Positions 21,235 through 32,868 of a DNA stretch of 64,000 nt are shown one piece after another. Position numbers and translations under genes: made by a program. The notes beneath the pieces were generated by a model. That model was given only the letters and a program-made list of their open reading frames with translations, was not told the origin of the DNA and ran no database searches. Location of the stretch: positions 179,614,001-179,678,000 of the forward strand of contig OZ024740.1 of the NCBI GenBank assembly GCA_964016885.1, in the 5' to 3' direction. Positions within the stretch are counted from its first letter, which is position 1; the number at the start of each line of letters is the position of its first letter. This stretch comes from Eledone cirrhosa. Lineage: Eukaryota.

Positions 21235-23331
21235 ATGGCTACGAAAAAGAAATTTCATACGTCACTCCCACTCATTCCGTCTTCTTCTTCCTCAATCATC
21301 ACTACAGCAGAGAGAAGATTGTCTCTCTCCCTCCCTTCTTTAAATGTGTCTCTCTCCCTCCCTTCTCTTTCGCAAGCAACGAAAGAAAAGAAAAGTCTCG
21401 TGCAAAGCGTGCAAGGTTTCTCCACGACGACGACGACAGCGACGAAACAGGTGTGCGGGAAATACGAAAACCCAGTTCATTCGTCTGACGTCAGGAATAA
21501 TAGCAGTAGCAGCCGTAATAACAACAGCAACAGTGACAATGAAAACAACAGTAGCAGCCGCAACAGCATCACCAGCAACATAAACAACAACAGCATTAGC
21601 AGCAGCAACACCAACAACAACCACAGCAACAGCGGCGGAGGCAGTAGTCGTAGTACCTGCAGCAACAACAAAAGTACCAGCAGCTCTGACGACAACAACA
21701 ACAGCAGAGAAAAACCAATCTCATTTGCAGGTATTGCGAAAAACTTGGAAACAATCCTCATAACAAATGAGGAATTAGAGGAAGCGAAGAAGATGGTGAC
21801 AAAGAACGGACACCGAGCAATCTGCAAGGCAGCGGAAAAGTTTTTCGAGACCCAAGAGCACTGTACGGTCACGTACCGTACAGTAAGTACAAAATCCCGT
21901 AGGGTGGAAAGAGCCACAGAGGCCCAAATACAAAAAGCCTTGGGGTCTGTGTGGCAGCGGAAAACGCACATCACCCGAGGCAAAAAATATGCCACCGTAG
22001 ACGTACTTTTTGCCACACCCCAGGAGGCAAAGGCCCAATCAGTAGTGACCCTAAGGAGCGAGGAAATGGTGTTGGTGCCCTCCTACTGCGGGCAAAAAAT
22101 TGTGAGGGTCAAACTGACCCACGTCCCCCCCGGAATGACCCCTTCTTGGCTGGCCGCGTCTGTCCTCGTCGGAATCGAGGACAAAACAACTGTACTGCAA
22201 GTACAGAAAAAAGTAAGAGAAGATTGGGTCGGCTCCTCCATTGAGATGCTAATCCAAACCAACCAGGAGTGCATCGAAGCTATCCCGGATGTGATAGACT
22301 TCGATAACGGCACTCAACTGCCCATAAGTGTTGAGGGCAAACGCCCGAAATGTTTTCGCTGTGGATCGAAGACTCACCTCAGGGCCTTCTGCAACGAGAA
22401 GACCCTGAGAAAGGAGAAAACCCCCCTCCTTCCGAATCCGGCTCCACGGCTACCAGCAACAGGACAAGCGGCAACCAAGAACGATAGGCCCGTGGCACCC
22501 ATACCCACTCCACGGAAATCAAAAACAGCAGCAGCAGTGGAAATACTAACAACAACAACAGCAATACCAAATGCAGCTGCAACAGAGACTCCAGTGCAAA
22601 CATCACCAACAACAACAAGTGAAAGAGTGGAGTTGGTACCCCTCCCCGACCTCACAGAATCAGACATGGAGTGTGAGGTGGGAGAGAGATGGCAAAAGGT
22701 CGTAAGAAGGCACAAACGCAGAAGCAGCGCATCGTCGCCTTTGAAAAGTGAGGAAAGAAATGAGAAAAGGGTAAAGTCTACTGCAAAGAGACCTACAGCA
22801 GCAACAACACCAACACCATCACCACCCACACTAGCGCCACCATCACCACCGGCGACAACCCCACCGCCAACAACACCTTCAACACCACCACCACCAGCAC
22901 CAACATCGCAAACACAACAACAAAACACACACACCCAGCAACAACGACAAGAAAATAGCAGAACCACACCCCACCCCCAGAAAAACAAATGCACGGCAAT
23001 AAATACACACAACAAGAAACTAATGACTTACATAATTGAACACACAGACATTTCACAACAGGACTACATAATACCAGCACCAATCAAAACGCCAACTAAC
23101 ATAAGACTGCTAAAAATAGCACAGAAACAATACACAAATATTAAAACGAAATTCCCCAACGCAGTTGGTGATTTCAGGGACCTAGGAGGAACCATCAATC
23201 GAAGAGTATACTCAGACATTCTCTTAGAAGAGCCGACGACCAGCCGAAGGGACGATTCAACGGTCCCTTCACCAGACGATCAAGTGAAAAGGGATGTAAA
23301 AACCATCCCTCCTCTACCAAAAGTACGGTAA
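21235..23331 (+). CDS. LINE ORF1 protein, copy 3
   Basis: Same protein as copy 2. Confidence 0.88.
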   Translation: MATKKKFHTSLPLIPSSSSSIITTAERRLSLSLPSLNVSLSLPSLSQATKEKKSLVQSVQGFSTTTTTATKQVCGKYENPVHSSDVRNNSSSSRNNNSNSDNENNSSSRNSITSNINNNSISSSNTNNNHSNSGGGSSRSTCSNNKSTSSSDDNNNSREKPISFAGIAKNLETILITNEELEEAKKMVTKNGHRAICKAAEKFFETQEHCTVTYRTVSTKSRRVERATEAQIQKALGSVWQRKTHITRGKKYATVDVLFATPQEAKAQSVVTLRSEEMVLVPSYCGQKIVRVKLTHVPPGMTPSWLAASVLVGIEDKTTVLQVQKKVREDWVGSSIEMLIQTNQECIEAIPDVIDFDNGTQLPISVEGKRPKCFRCGSKTHLRAFCNEKTLRKEKTPLLPNPAPRLPATGQAATKNDRPVAPIPTPRKSKTAAAVEILTTTTAIPNAAATETPVQTSPTTTSERVELVPLPDLTESDMECEVGERWQKVVRRHKRRSSASSPLKSEERNEKRVKSTAKRPTAATTPTPSPPTLAPPSPPATTPPPTTPSTPPPPAPTSQTQQQNTHTQQQRQENSRTTPHPQKNKCTAINTHNKKLMTYIIEHTDISQQDYIIPAPIKTPTNIRLLKIAQKQYTNIKTKFPNAVGDFRDLGGTINRRVYSDILLEEPTTSRRDDSTVPSPDDQVKRDVKTIPPLPKVR

Positions 23332-23366
23332 GTGGTCTTTCCCATCTTTTCCACTCTATTTTAAAC

Positions 23367-26300
23367 ATGACCTCACTCAGAATAGGCAGCATAAATGCGC
23401 GTGGCTTGGGGTCGTCATGGAAGCAGGGTCACCTGCTCAACGACCTCAGGTCACTAAACATAGATGTAGTGGCCATCAGCGAGACCAGAATCTCCGAAGC
23501 ACGGGCCTTCGCACCGATCTTCGGCGGCTTCGATGTGTACGCATCTCCCAGCCGTCCTGGATCCGGTGGAGGAGTTGCTGTGCTTTTTCGGAGAGGTTTG
23601 GATCTCGCCATACGGGCCATCTTCCTGGACCCAGAGGGTAAGCTGGTGGTGCTGGACGTGACCAGCGGAGACGGGCAAGCTTTCAGGCTAGTGGCCGTCT
23701 ATGCCCCGACAGGAGCAGGGCGGCCTGATTTCTTCCGGCGTCTGGAGACCTTTCTTGGAACGTCCTGCTCTTTAGTGTTAGTGGGCGACTGGAACGGGAT
23801 CTTAGATGCACGCTGGGACTGTGTGGGATTAGCGGATAGGGGTGGAGGGTGCAAGAGCCTCACCAACCTGCTCAGGCGTTTTGAACTGTCTGACAGGTAC
23901 CGATTGGATTTCCCGAATGTGCCAATGTGGACTTGGACAAACCGCATAGGGTCATCCAGATCATATCTAGATAGAGTATTTTGTAGGGAAATAGATAGGT
24001 CTAGCATAGGCTGTCCACAATTCAAGATAGTCAGCTACACGGACCACAAATTCGTGATCTGTGTGCTTGACTTAGATAGGCTTCATAGACGAGGACCCGG
24101 CTACTGGAAGCTAAACGCGTCCTTACCAGCGCGCAAGGCCTACAGAGACCGGATTAGCGAACTAGTTAAGCGGGCGTTGACGGGGGCCATCGTCAACAAC
24201 AAGTGGTGGTTTGCTCTGAAAAGAGCGATTAGAATAGAATCGATTAGGTTTAGTAAGGCTTTAGCAATAGAGAAAAATAGAGCAGAGGGAGAACTAGTTA
24301 GAAAATTAGACGAGGCGCTTAGCAAAGGCATTGCGACCGACGTGCTTGCGGCGAAATTGGCCCTTGACCAATTCTTCAATGCAAAGCACGAAGGCTGCGT
24401 TGTCAGAGCTAGGCTGCGTGCTCTCAGACACGAGGGGACGAAAGCCGTTCAATGGGCCCGAGTGGCGGAGGCGCGTCGTGGCAACAAAGCCACGATCCGG
24501 TCTTTGGTGGACCACGACGGGCGCATGCTACTCGATCCCGGGCAAATGTGTGAAGCTTTTCAGCGACACTTCGCTCAGCTGTTCGGGGGCAGCGGGGGGC
24601 CGGGTAGAGGGATGGACTTTAGTGTCTACCTCGACGGACTGCCGCGGCTCTCGGCCACTGAGGCGAAGTGTTGCGAAAAGCCGATAACAGCCGCTGAAGT
24701 ACGGGAGGCAATGACTGGCTGCACAAGGGGTAAATCGCCTGGTTTGGATGGTCTGCCCTATGAACTTTACGTACAGATGCCAGACTTGTTCGGAGGCCTC
24801 TTGGCGGACGTCTACTGCAACTGGCAACAGAACGGGAGAATTCCCAGTTCTGTGAGCCGAGGAGCGGTGGCACTGCTGAGAAAGGATCCGAACAAGGGGG
24901 ATAACATAGACAATTTCCGGCCCATAACTCTGCTAAACACAGAGTTTAAGATTTTGGCCAAGGTGCTAGCAAAGAGGTTGGCGCTTGTCGTTGGTGGTCT
25001 GGTGGGAGAGGCGCAGACATGCGCCATTCCCGACAGATCCATCCACGACAACCTCCACCTCATGCGATACATCGTAGAGAGGGTAGCTAGGGAACCTGGC
25101 ACGGGTGGGTCCTTGATCAATTTAGATCAGTCGAAAGCTTTCGATAGGGTCGACCATCGTTACCTAGCGGCAGTCCTGAGGGCGGCTGGCTTTGGGCCCG
25201 TCTTCAGAGGCTGGATCGCTGCCATGCACAGCGACATCTGCTCTGTGGTGAGAGTGAACGGTCACCTGTCGGAACCGTTCAACATCATGCGCTCGGTCCG
25301 CCAAGGATGTCCCCTCTCGTCCCTCTTGTACGTATTGACTCTCGAGCCATTACTGCACAAACTGGAGACGTTGAGGGGAGTCCCGCGCGAACTAGGATGC
25401 GGAAGATCCGTGTCAGCATATGCGGACGATGTCACCGTAGTGGTGTCGAACGCCAAACACATCGAGGCGATCGGCACTACACTAAGAGAATACGAAGCGG
25501 TGACAGGAGCAATGATCAACCAGGAAAAGTCAGTGGGCCTGCAGCTCGGCACCTGGAGAGGCAGGTCCATGCCGTCCAACAGCGTCGTCGGGCGCTGGAC
25601 GGACGGACCGGTTAAATTGCTAGGGGTCTGGTTCGGTCCGGACCTCCAGACGGACAAAAACTGGGACGAGGTGACGAGCAGGGTGGCTTCTCTCACCCAG
25701 AAATGGGCGGAGAGGAAGCTATCCCTGAAAGGTCGAGCGGAGGTGGCTAACGCGTACATCGCGTCTGTCATCTGCTACCGCCTAACCGTCGTACCTTGTC
25801 CTAAGCCTCGCCTGACTGCGCTGGAGCGTTTGCTCTTTCGCTTTTTGTGGAAGGGACGTGCTCCGATGGTCAGGCGGTCCATCTGTTGTCAACACCCGCT
25901 ACGTGGAGGGCTGGGCATGCCGTGGCTGATGATGCGCAGGCACGCGCTCAGGCTACGACATCTCCACCTCTTCCTCGACGGTGATCAGGTGTGGTCGCCG
26001 TTTGCTAGACGCGTTTTTCCCCAGCTCGTTTCCTTGACGGAGCTGCAGTCCTGGGTCAAGCGAAGACCGAGAGGGAGCGCCTGGAGACTGGAATGTCTTC
26101 AGGCGCTCACAGCCCTCGACCAATCGGGCAATGTGATCGGTGGAAACTCCACCTCGGCGTTCTATAGAGGATTAGTGGAGGGGAAGAGCGACGACGTACT
26201 TGGGGAAACTCTAGGCGTCGACGAAAATCAACTAGCCAATCTCTTCGGAAGAACTTTCGGGCCGGGGCCTATGGACAACTTCCAGAAATCTCTGGCCTGG

Positions 26301-26786
26301 CAGTGCTACCGAGGAGCCTTGCCAGTTCGGGATAAACTCTACAGGCATGGAGGTGCCGTCAGCCGGGCATGTCCGAGATGCGCGCAGGGCGACGAAACCG
26401 TCCTGCACGCACTCGTCCAGTGTCCGAAAATTGCTGACTTGTGGGATTATGTCGAACACCTGCTGTCGCGTTTAGGACGGATCCAGCTATCATCTGAGTC
26501 TATCGTGAGGATTGCCCCGCCCTCCTCCTTTAGCCGGGAAGGGCAGGCAGTTTTTATCTGTCTGGTGGCCATGGCGAAAGAGATAGTATGGTGGACACGT
26601 TTGAAAGGGCTGAAGACGAGCACTTACCTCTTCGGTGATGCTCTGATTGACTTTTTCAAATTTCATTTGAAAAGGAAAATCAGAGTAGAGAAGGAAGTGC
26701 TCCTTTCCCAACATTTTGTTGAAAGATGGGTGAGAGAAGCAAGAATGGCCCGAGTGAATGGGCCGACTCTGAGTATATATCTGTAA
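23367..26786 (+). CDS. LINE ORF2 (APE-RT-zf), copy 3
   Basis: Intact 1139-aa ORF. Confidence 0.96.
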   Translation: MTSLRIGSINARGLGSSWKQGHLLNDLRSLNIDVVAISETRISEARAFAPIFGGFDVYASPSRPGSGGGVAVLFRRGLDLAIRAIFLDPEGKLVVLDVTSGDGQAFRLVAVYAPTGAGRPDFFRRLETFLGTSCSLVLVGDWNGILDARWDCVGLADRGGGCKSLTNLLRRFELSDRYRLDFPNVPMWTWTNRIGSSRSYLDRVFCREIDRSSIGCPQFKIVSYTDHKFVICVLDLDRLHRRGPGYWKLNASLPARKAYRDRISELVKRALTGAIVNNKWWFALKRAIRIESIRFSKALAIEKNRAEGELVRKLDEALSKGIATDVLAAKLALDQFFNAKHEGCVVRARLRALRHEGTKAVQWARVAEARRGNKATIRSLVDHDGRMLLDPGQMCEAFQRHFAQLFGGSGGPGRGMDFSVYLDGLPRLSATEAKCCEKPITAAEVREAMTGCTRGKSPGLDGLPYELYVQMPDLFGGLLADVYCNWQQNGRIPSSVSRGAVALLRKDPNKGDNIDNFRPITLLNTEFKILAKVLAKRLALVVGGLVGEAQTCAIPDRSIHDNLHLMRYIVERVAREPGTGGSLINLDQSKAFDRVDHRYLAAVLRAAGFGPVFRGWIAAMHSDICSVVRVNGHLSEPFNIMRSVRQGCPLSSLLYVLTLEPLLHKLETLRGVPRELGCGRSVSAYADDVTVVVSNAKHIEAIGTTLREYEAVTGAMINQEKSVGLQLGTWRGRSMPSNSVVGRWTDGPVKLLGVWFGPDLQTDKNWDEVTSRVASLTQKWAERKLSLKGRAEVANAYIASVICYRLTVVPCPKPRLTALERLLFRFLWKGRAPMVRRSICCQHPLRGGLGMPWLMMRRHALRLRHLHLFLDGDQVWSPFARRVFPQLVSLTELQSWVKRRPRGSAWRLECLQALTALDQSGNVIGGNSTSAFYRGLVEGKSDDVLGETLGVDENQLANLFGRTFGPGPMDNFQKSLAWQCYRGALPVRDKLYRHGGAVSRACPRCAQGDETVLHALVQCPKIADLWDYVEHLLSRLGRIQLSSESIVRIAPPSSFSREGQAVFICLVAMAKEIVWWTRLKGLKTSTYLFGDALIDFFKFHLKRKIRVEKEVLLSQHFVERWVREARMARVNGPTLSIYL

Positions 26787-27046
26787 ACTAAAGGTGGAAA
26801 ACTGGGAGAGGGCACTTGCCTTGGTGGTCAGGGTCATTGTGGCTTTTTACTGGGCTTTCTCCACAAATGTCCCTCCGAAGTCTCCCCCCTATTGGGGAAT
26901 TTTTCATTGTTATTTTCATTGTTATTTTTGTTACATCCTCTGTTTTTGTTTTTTTACACGCAGAAATGCCCATTTGTACCGTCCTGCATTGTCCTGCACT
27001 GTCCTTAATGTCTACTTTATGTAAACCCTTGTGGTTAATAAAGAAA

Positions 27047-27099
<53 letters not shown>

Positions 27100-27111
27100 G
27101 TTATTGTTATT

Positions 27112-30100
27112 CCTTGAATCTCATTCATTGATGTTGGTTAACTGGAAAGTCCGTTGGATTGAATATTAAGCCACTACCTGCAGCCTAAGATATTCAGGAC
27201 GTATCGGAGGGTTCTTGCTGTTCCAAGCAAGCATGCCTTTTGAAGCGTTCCAAAAAGCGTGAAGGGGCCGATTTTCTTTAACCATCCCTGGAAACTTTTG
27301 GAGATAGTCCCCAGTGCGCCTATGACAATCGGGATCACTTTGACTTCATGGCAGTTCCAAATCCTTTTCACCTCCCACTTTAGGTCCGGGTATCGGTTAA
27401 TTTTCTCCCTCTCCTTCTCTTGCACTCTCGTGTCGAACGGGCAGGCCACATCCACAATCAAGCACGATCTTTTTTCTTTGTCCACAACCACCAGGTCAGG
27501 TCTATTGTGTTCCAGTTTTTTGTCCGTCTGTATCCTAAAATCCCACAGCACCTTCACCTGATTGTTCTCCATCACCGCCTCTTGACTATGCTCATACCAT
27601 TTCTCAGAATGTGGTAGATTGTTTACTTTGCACAGGTGCCAGTGGATCACCCTGCCCATCACATCGTGTCTCCAGCCCTTATAGTGGGTCTGGGCTAGGT
27701 GTTTACACTCGGACACAATGTGAGCCACAGTCTCCTCTCTCTCTCCACAGATCCTGCACAGTGGGCTGGCCTCCTCCTTGTAGATATGGTGCTTCAACCA
27801 CTTCGTTTTGAGGGCCTGCTCCTGCGCAGCCATTAGCATTCCTTCTGTAGCCTTTTTGAGGTCTCCTCTTCTCAACCAGTTCCATGTCTGTGGATCTCTA
27901 AATTCAGTTTTCTCAAAGAAGGTACTATGAAGGGGTTTTCCCTTAAGGCTGCTCTTCCTCCTTGATGTTATTTCCTCCCTGGACATCCCCTGGCCTACTG
28001 TCCCCTCCTTCAGTACAGCTCTGAGCATTGGCTCCTTACTATAGGTCACGTATTTGTATAGGTTGTTTTTCTCCATCTGAACACAGTCCTCTATGCTGAT
28101 AAGACCTCTTCCACCCTCAGATCTCCTTAGGTAGAGTCTATCGACATCACTCCTCTTGTGGAACATGTTGTAGATAGTCAATAGCTTCCTAGTCTTCCTA
28201 TCCATTTCTTTCTGTTCAGCAACATTCCATCTCAGAATTCCCGCACTGTACCTAATAATAGACACAGCTCGGGAATTTACTGCGCTTATGGCATTTCTGC
28301 TGTTCAGATGTGACTTCAATACGCTCCTTACTCTCCGAATGTATTCAGTTCTTAACAATTCCTTCATTTTTTTGTTCTTTATGCCATCAGCCTCCAGAAC
28401 GCCCAAATACTTGTATCCTTCCTCAGAGTCAATTTCCTTTAGCATCTCACCTGTTGGTATCTGGATCCCGCTACTTCTGCTCAACCTACCCCTCTTCATC
28501 ACAATGACTCCACATTTACCAATACCAAACTGCATACATATATCACTGCTGAAAATACGGACAGTGTCAACAAGCACATCCAACTCCTTCTCACTTTTCC
28601 CGAAGAGCTTAAGATCGTCCATGAAGAGGAGGTGATTGATGGTAAGCTCTCCCCTTCCCAACTTGTATCCTGCTCTCACTTTTCGCAGCATAATGGTCAA
28701 GGGCATCAGGGCAAGGACAAACAACAGAGGGGACAGGCTATCTCCCTGGAAGATACCTCTCTTGATCTTCACGCTTCCCAAGGATACTCCAGTTGATGTC
28801 AACTCTGTCTCCCAGGACCCCATACTCCTGCCTAGCAACTGCTGATGTTATCTGCCACCCTGAAGATCTCCAGGCTTTTGGTGATCCAGGAATGAGGCAC
28901 CATGTCAAATGCCTTTCTGTAGTCTATCCATCCCATGGCAAGATCAGTGTGTCTCCTCCTGCAATTCCCCATTACCATCTTATCAATAAGCAACTGGTCC
29001 TTTGTACCACGTGACTTCTTTCGGCATCCTTTCTGTTCGTCCGGTAACAAGTTGTTTGTGTGGAGGTGATGGTAGATTTCCTCAGACACAATGCTCGTCA
29101 ACAGTTTCCACATTACGGGCAGACATGTGATAGGTCTATAGTTGGTAGCATCATTACCCTTGATTCGGTCTTTCATTATCAGAACTGTGGTACCTTTTGT
29201 CAACCACTCTGGCACCTCACCCGACACCAAGCAGTCATTGAACATGGCCGTCAGCTTCGGGTGGAGGGATGTTAGATGTTTAATCCAATACCCCTGCACA
29301 CCATCTGGGCCTGGTGATTTCCAGTTGGTTAGTTTTTTGGCTTGCCCCTTAAGAGTTTCAACTGTGATACTCAAATCAGTCTGTTGCTGTGCCTGCTCAC
29401 CGATCTCCCTCTGTACTGTCTCAATCCACCCTGCCTGGGCATTGTGTCTAACATCCTGCTCCCATATTCCTCTCCAGAATGTTTTAGTTTGCTCCGCCCC
29501 AGTTATCAAGTCGTTGCCTCTTTCTTTGCCCTCAAGCTGTCCAAACAGCATCTTCTGGTTGTTGTCGAACATGCGGTTCTGTTTATACTGACTGACTCTG
29601 TTCTCGTATCGCCTGATTTTTGCACTCTTTGCTACAATGCGCTGCTTCAATTCCTCTATGATAATATTTAGCTTTTTACTCCTAGTTTTGTATTTTATTC
29701 CAGTCTATTTTTAGTGCCTATGTTTTTTAGTGTCCCATTCAGTAGTGACTCAAGCTTTCCTATGTCATTTCTCATTTCCCCGATTTGCCCACTCAGTCGC
29801 TTCTTCCACCACGGCTCTGCTCTTTCTTGTCTGTTGTTTCCTCTCGCTTTTATACCAAGTAGTTTCCTCACCGTATTTGCTGTTGCTCTGAGGATATTGT
29901 TGCACTGGTGAAGGCTCCTCGCCTCAAGGTATGGGATGACTTTGTTTACCTTAGCTGTTGTTTCTTTTAACTTTTTCCTGTCTACAAATCTTAGGTTCAT
30001 AGGTCTCCCACTATCATTGTTCAATTCATCTACCACTAAATTTAGGATGTCAACCGAATCTTGTCCTAGCCCGTCAGCATTCATCTCCTCAGTGGCCGTA

Positions 30101-30817
30101 TCTCTGTTCCAGGTATTATTTATCTCAGTATTCAGATCATTGTCTGCTTCGGCTGGTTCCTCCGTTCTCAGGACCTCCTCACCTTCATTTCCCACCGGCT
30201 CGCTTGTCTGGCATACTACACCCGCCATCTCCAAGCCATTCTCTCTGCTCAGTTCCTCCAGTTTCAGCTCGCTTATCCACCCATTAGTTCTTATTACCCG
30301 AGCCTGCCCGGCCAATTTTTGTTCATCTAATTTAAATAAACCAATCTCGTTCCAGATGTTATGCATCCGTCTCCTGTAGCCCCTCTCCTTGGGGTTACTT
30401 TTCAGGTAGCATTGCATAACAGTTCTATTCAATTCTTTCGTCCAGTTGGTTCTGGCCCCTTTCCTTCTTCTCCTTCCTCCAACATCAGCAGTATTTGGTT
30501 GACAGTCAGGTTCCTGCTGCTGAGCCAGGGGGCACCTGTTGGGTGAGAGTCTGTCACATGACGTTCTAGTCTCCATTTCACCGTTATTCGAACTGTTTAT
30601 GTTCGATATTTAAACACTCTTATCGAGGATTGGCGAATGTATGTTTACATAGCCATCTGTGGATCCGCCATCCCACTTGGCCCTTGTGTGGCATTATCAC
30701 CACGCTGTATACGAACACACATAAACAAACAAACACACAGGCAGAAAGGGCCCCAGAAATGAATAAGCATAAGTTTCATTGTAATGTAGTGCTCGAATGT
30801 CTGACTTAGTTTTAGTT
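27112..30817 (-). mobile_element. R4/Dong-type RLE retrotransposon, near full length (copy B)
   Basis: ~240-bp putative 5'UTR, single ORF, short 3'UTR ending in (TAA)n on its own strand. Confidence 0.9.
27174..30576 (-). pseudogene. R4/Dong single ORF (N-terminal domain, RT, CCHC, PD..D..K endonuclease) broken by two frameshifts
   Basis: ORFs 29695-30576, 28832-29650 and 27174-28838: NWKSPGPDG, YRPITCL, DYRKAFDMVPH, QGDSLSPLLF, FMDDLK, CRIC..ETVAHIVSEC, RHD, RPDLVVVD...DVACP...EK...Y; frameshifts near 29695 and 28840. Confidence 0.9.
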
Positions 30818-32822
30818 TTCCCGACAGATCCATCCACGACAACCTCCACCTCATGCGATACATCGTAGAGAGGGTAGCTAGGGAACCTGGCACGGGTGGG
30901 TCTTTGATCAATTTAGATCAGTCGAAAGCCTTCGATAGGGTCGACCATCGTTACCTAACGGCAGTCCTGAGGGCGGCTGGCTTTGGGCCCGTCTTCAGAG
31001 GCTGGATCGCTGCCATGCACAGCGACATCTGCTCTGTAGTGAGAGTGAACGGTCACCTTTCGGAACCGTTCAACATCATGCGCTCGGTCCGCCAAGGATG
31101 TCCCCTCTCGTCCCTATTGTACGTATTGACTCTCGAGCCATTACTGCACAAACTAGAGACGTTGAGGGGGGTCCCGCGCGAACTAGGATGCGGAAGATCC
31201 GTATCAGCATATGCGGACGATGTCACCGTAGTGGTGTCGAACGCCAAACACATCGAGGCGATCGGCACTACACTAAGAGAATACGAAGCGGTGACAGGAG
31301 CAATGATCAACCAGGAAAAGTCAGTGGGCCTGCAGCTCGGCACCTGGAGAGGCAGGTCCATGCCGTCCAACAGCGTCGTTGGGCGCTGGACGGACGGACC
31401 GGTTAAATTGCTAGGGGTCTGGTTCGGTCCAGACCTCCAGACGGACGAAAACTGGGACGAGGTGACGAGCAGGGTGGCTTCTCTCACCCAGAAATGGGCC
31501 GAGAGGAAGCTATCCCTGAAAGGTCGAGCGGAGGTGGCGAATGCGTACATCGCATCCGTCATCTACTACCGCCTGACCGTCGTACCTTGTCCTAAGCCCC
31601 GCCTGACTGCGCTGGAGCGTTTGCTCTTTCGCTTCTTGTGGAAGGGACGCGCTCCGATGGTCAGGCGGTCCATCTGCTGTCAACACCCGCTACGTGGAGG
31701 GCTGGGCATGCCGTGGCTGATGATGCGCAGACACGCGCTCAGGCTACGACATCTCCACCTCTTCCTCGACGGTGATCAGGTGTGGTCGCCGTTTGCAAGA
31801 CACGTTTTTCCCCAGCTCGTCTCCTTGACGGAGCTGCAGTCCTGGGTCAAGCGAAGACCGAGAGGGAGCGCTTGGAGACTGGAATGTCTTCAGGCGCTCA
31901 CAGCCCTCGACCAATCGGGCAATGTGATCGGTGGAAACTCCACCTTGGCGTTCTATAGGGGATTAGTGGAGGGGAAGAGCGACGACGTACTTGGAGAAAC
32001 TCTAGGCGTCGACGAAAATCAACTAGCCAATCTCTTCGGAAGGACTTTCGGGCCGGGGCCTATGGACAACTTCCAGAAATCCCTGGCCTGGCAGTGCTAC
32101 CGAGGAGCTTTGCCAGTTCGGGATAAACTCTACAGGCATGGAGGTGCCGTCAGCCGGGCATGTCCGAGATGCGCGCAGGGCGACGAAACCGTCCTGCACG
32201 CACTCGTCCAGTGTCCGAGCATTGCTGACTTGTGGGCTTATGTCGAACACCTGCTGTCACGTGTAGGACGGATCCAGCTATCAGCTGAGTCCATCGTGAG
32301 GATTGCCCCGCCCCCTTCCTTTAGCCTGGAAGGGCAGGCAGTTTTTATCTGTCTGGTGGCCATGGCGAAAGAGATAGTATGGTGGACACGTTTGAAAGGG
32401 CTCAAGACGAGCACTTACCTCTTCGGTGATGCCCTGATTAACTTTTTCAAATTTCATTTGAAAAGGAAAATCAGGGTAGAGAGGGAAGTGCTCTCTTCCC
32501 AGCATTTTGTTGAAAGATGGGTGAGAGAAGCAAGTATGGCCCGAATGAATGGGCCTTCTCTGAGTATGTGTCTGTAAATTAAAGGTGGAAAACTGGGAGA
32601 GGGCACTTGCCCTGGTGGTCAGGGCCACTGTGGTCTTTTAATGGGCTTTCTCCACAAATGTCCCTTGGAAGTCTCCCCCCTATTGGGGAATTTTTTCTTT
32701 GTTATTTTATTTCAAACTCTGTTTTTTTTTACACGCAGAAATGCCCATTTGTACCGTCCTGTATTGTCCTGTACTGTCCTTAATGTCTACTTTATGTGAA
32801 CCCTTGTGGTTAATAAAGGAAA

Positions 32823-32868
<46 letters not shown>
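30818..32868 (+). mobile_element. 5'-truncated Tx1-type LINE (RT C-terminal half, 3'UTR, (ATT)15)
   Basis: Starts at TTCCCGACAGATCC inside the RT; 574-aa open frame 30853-32577 nearly identical to ORF2 of copies 1-3. Confidence 0.93.

Larger units (their letters stand above)
21022..27111 (+). mobile_element. Full-length Tx1-type LINE, copy 3, intact; longer (ATT)n tail shared with the Dong element
   Basis: Near-identical to copies 1 and 2; tail at 27049-27111. Confidence 0.93.

Noticed and set aside
9226-26973. Many short overlapping or antisense ORFs inside the Tx1 copies
   Set aside because: Shadow frames of GC-rich or low-complexity coding sequence; they recur only because the element is repeated
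30640-30760. Possible HDV-like ribozyme in the Dong leader (GGCCCUU/AAGGGCC as P1)
   Set aside because: No L3 motif or P1.1 GG; only generic pairing
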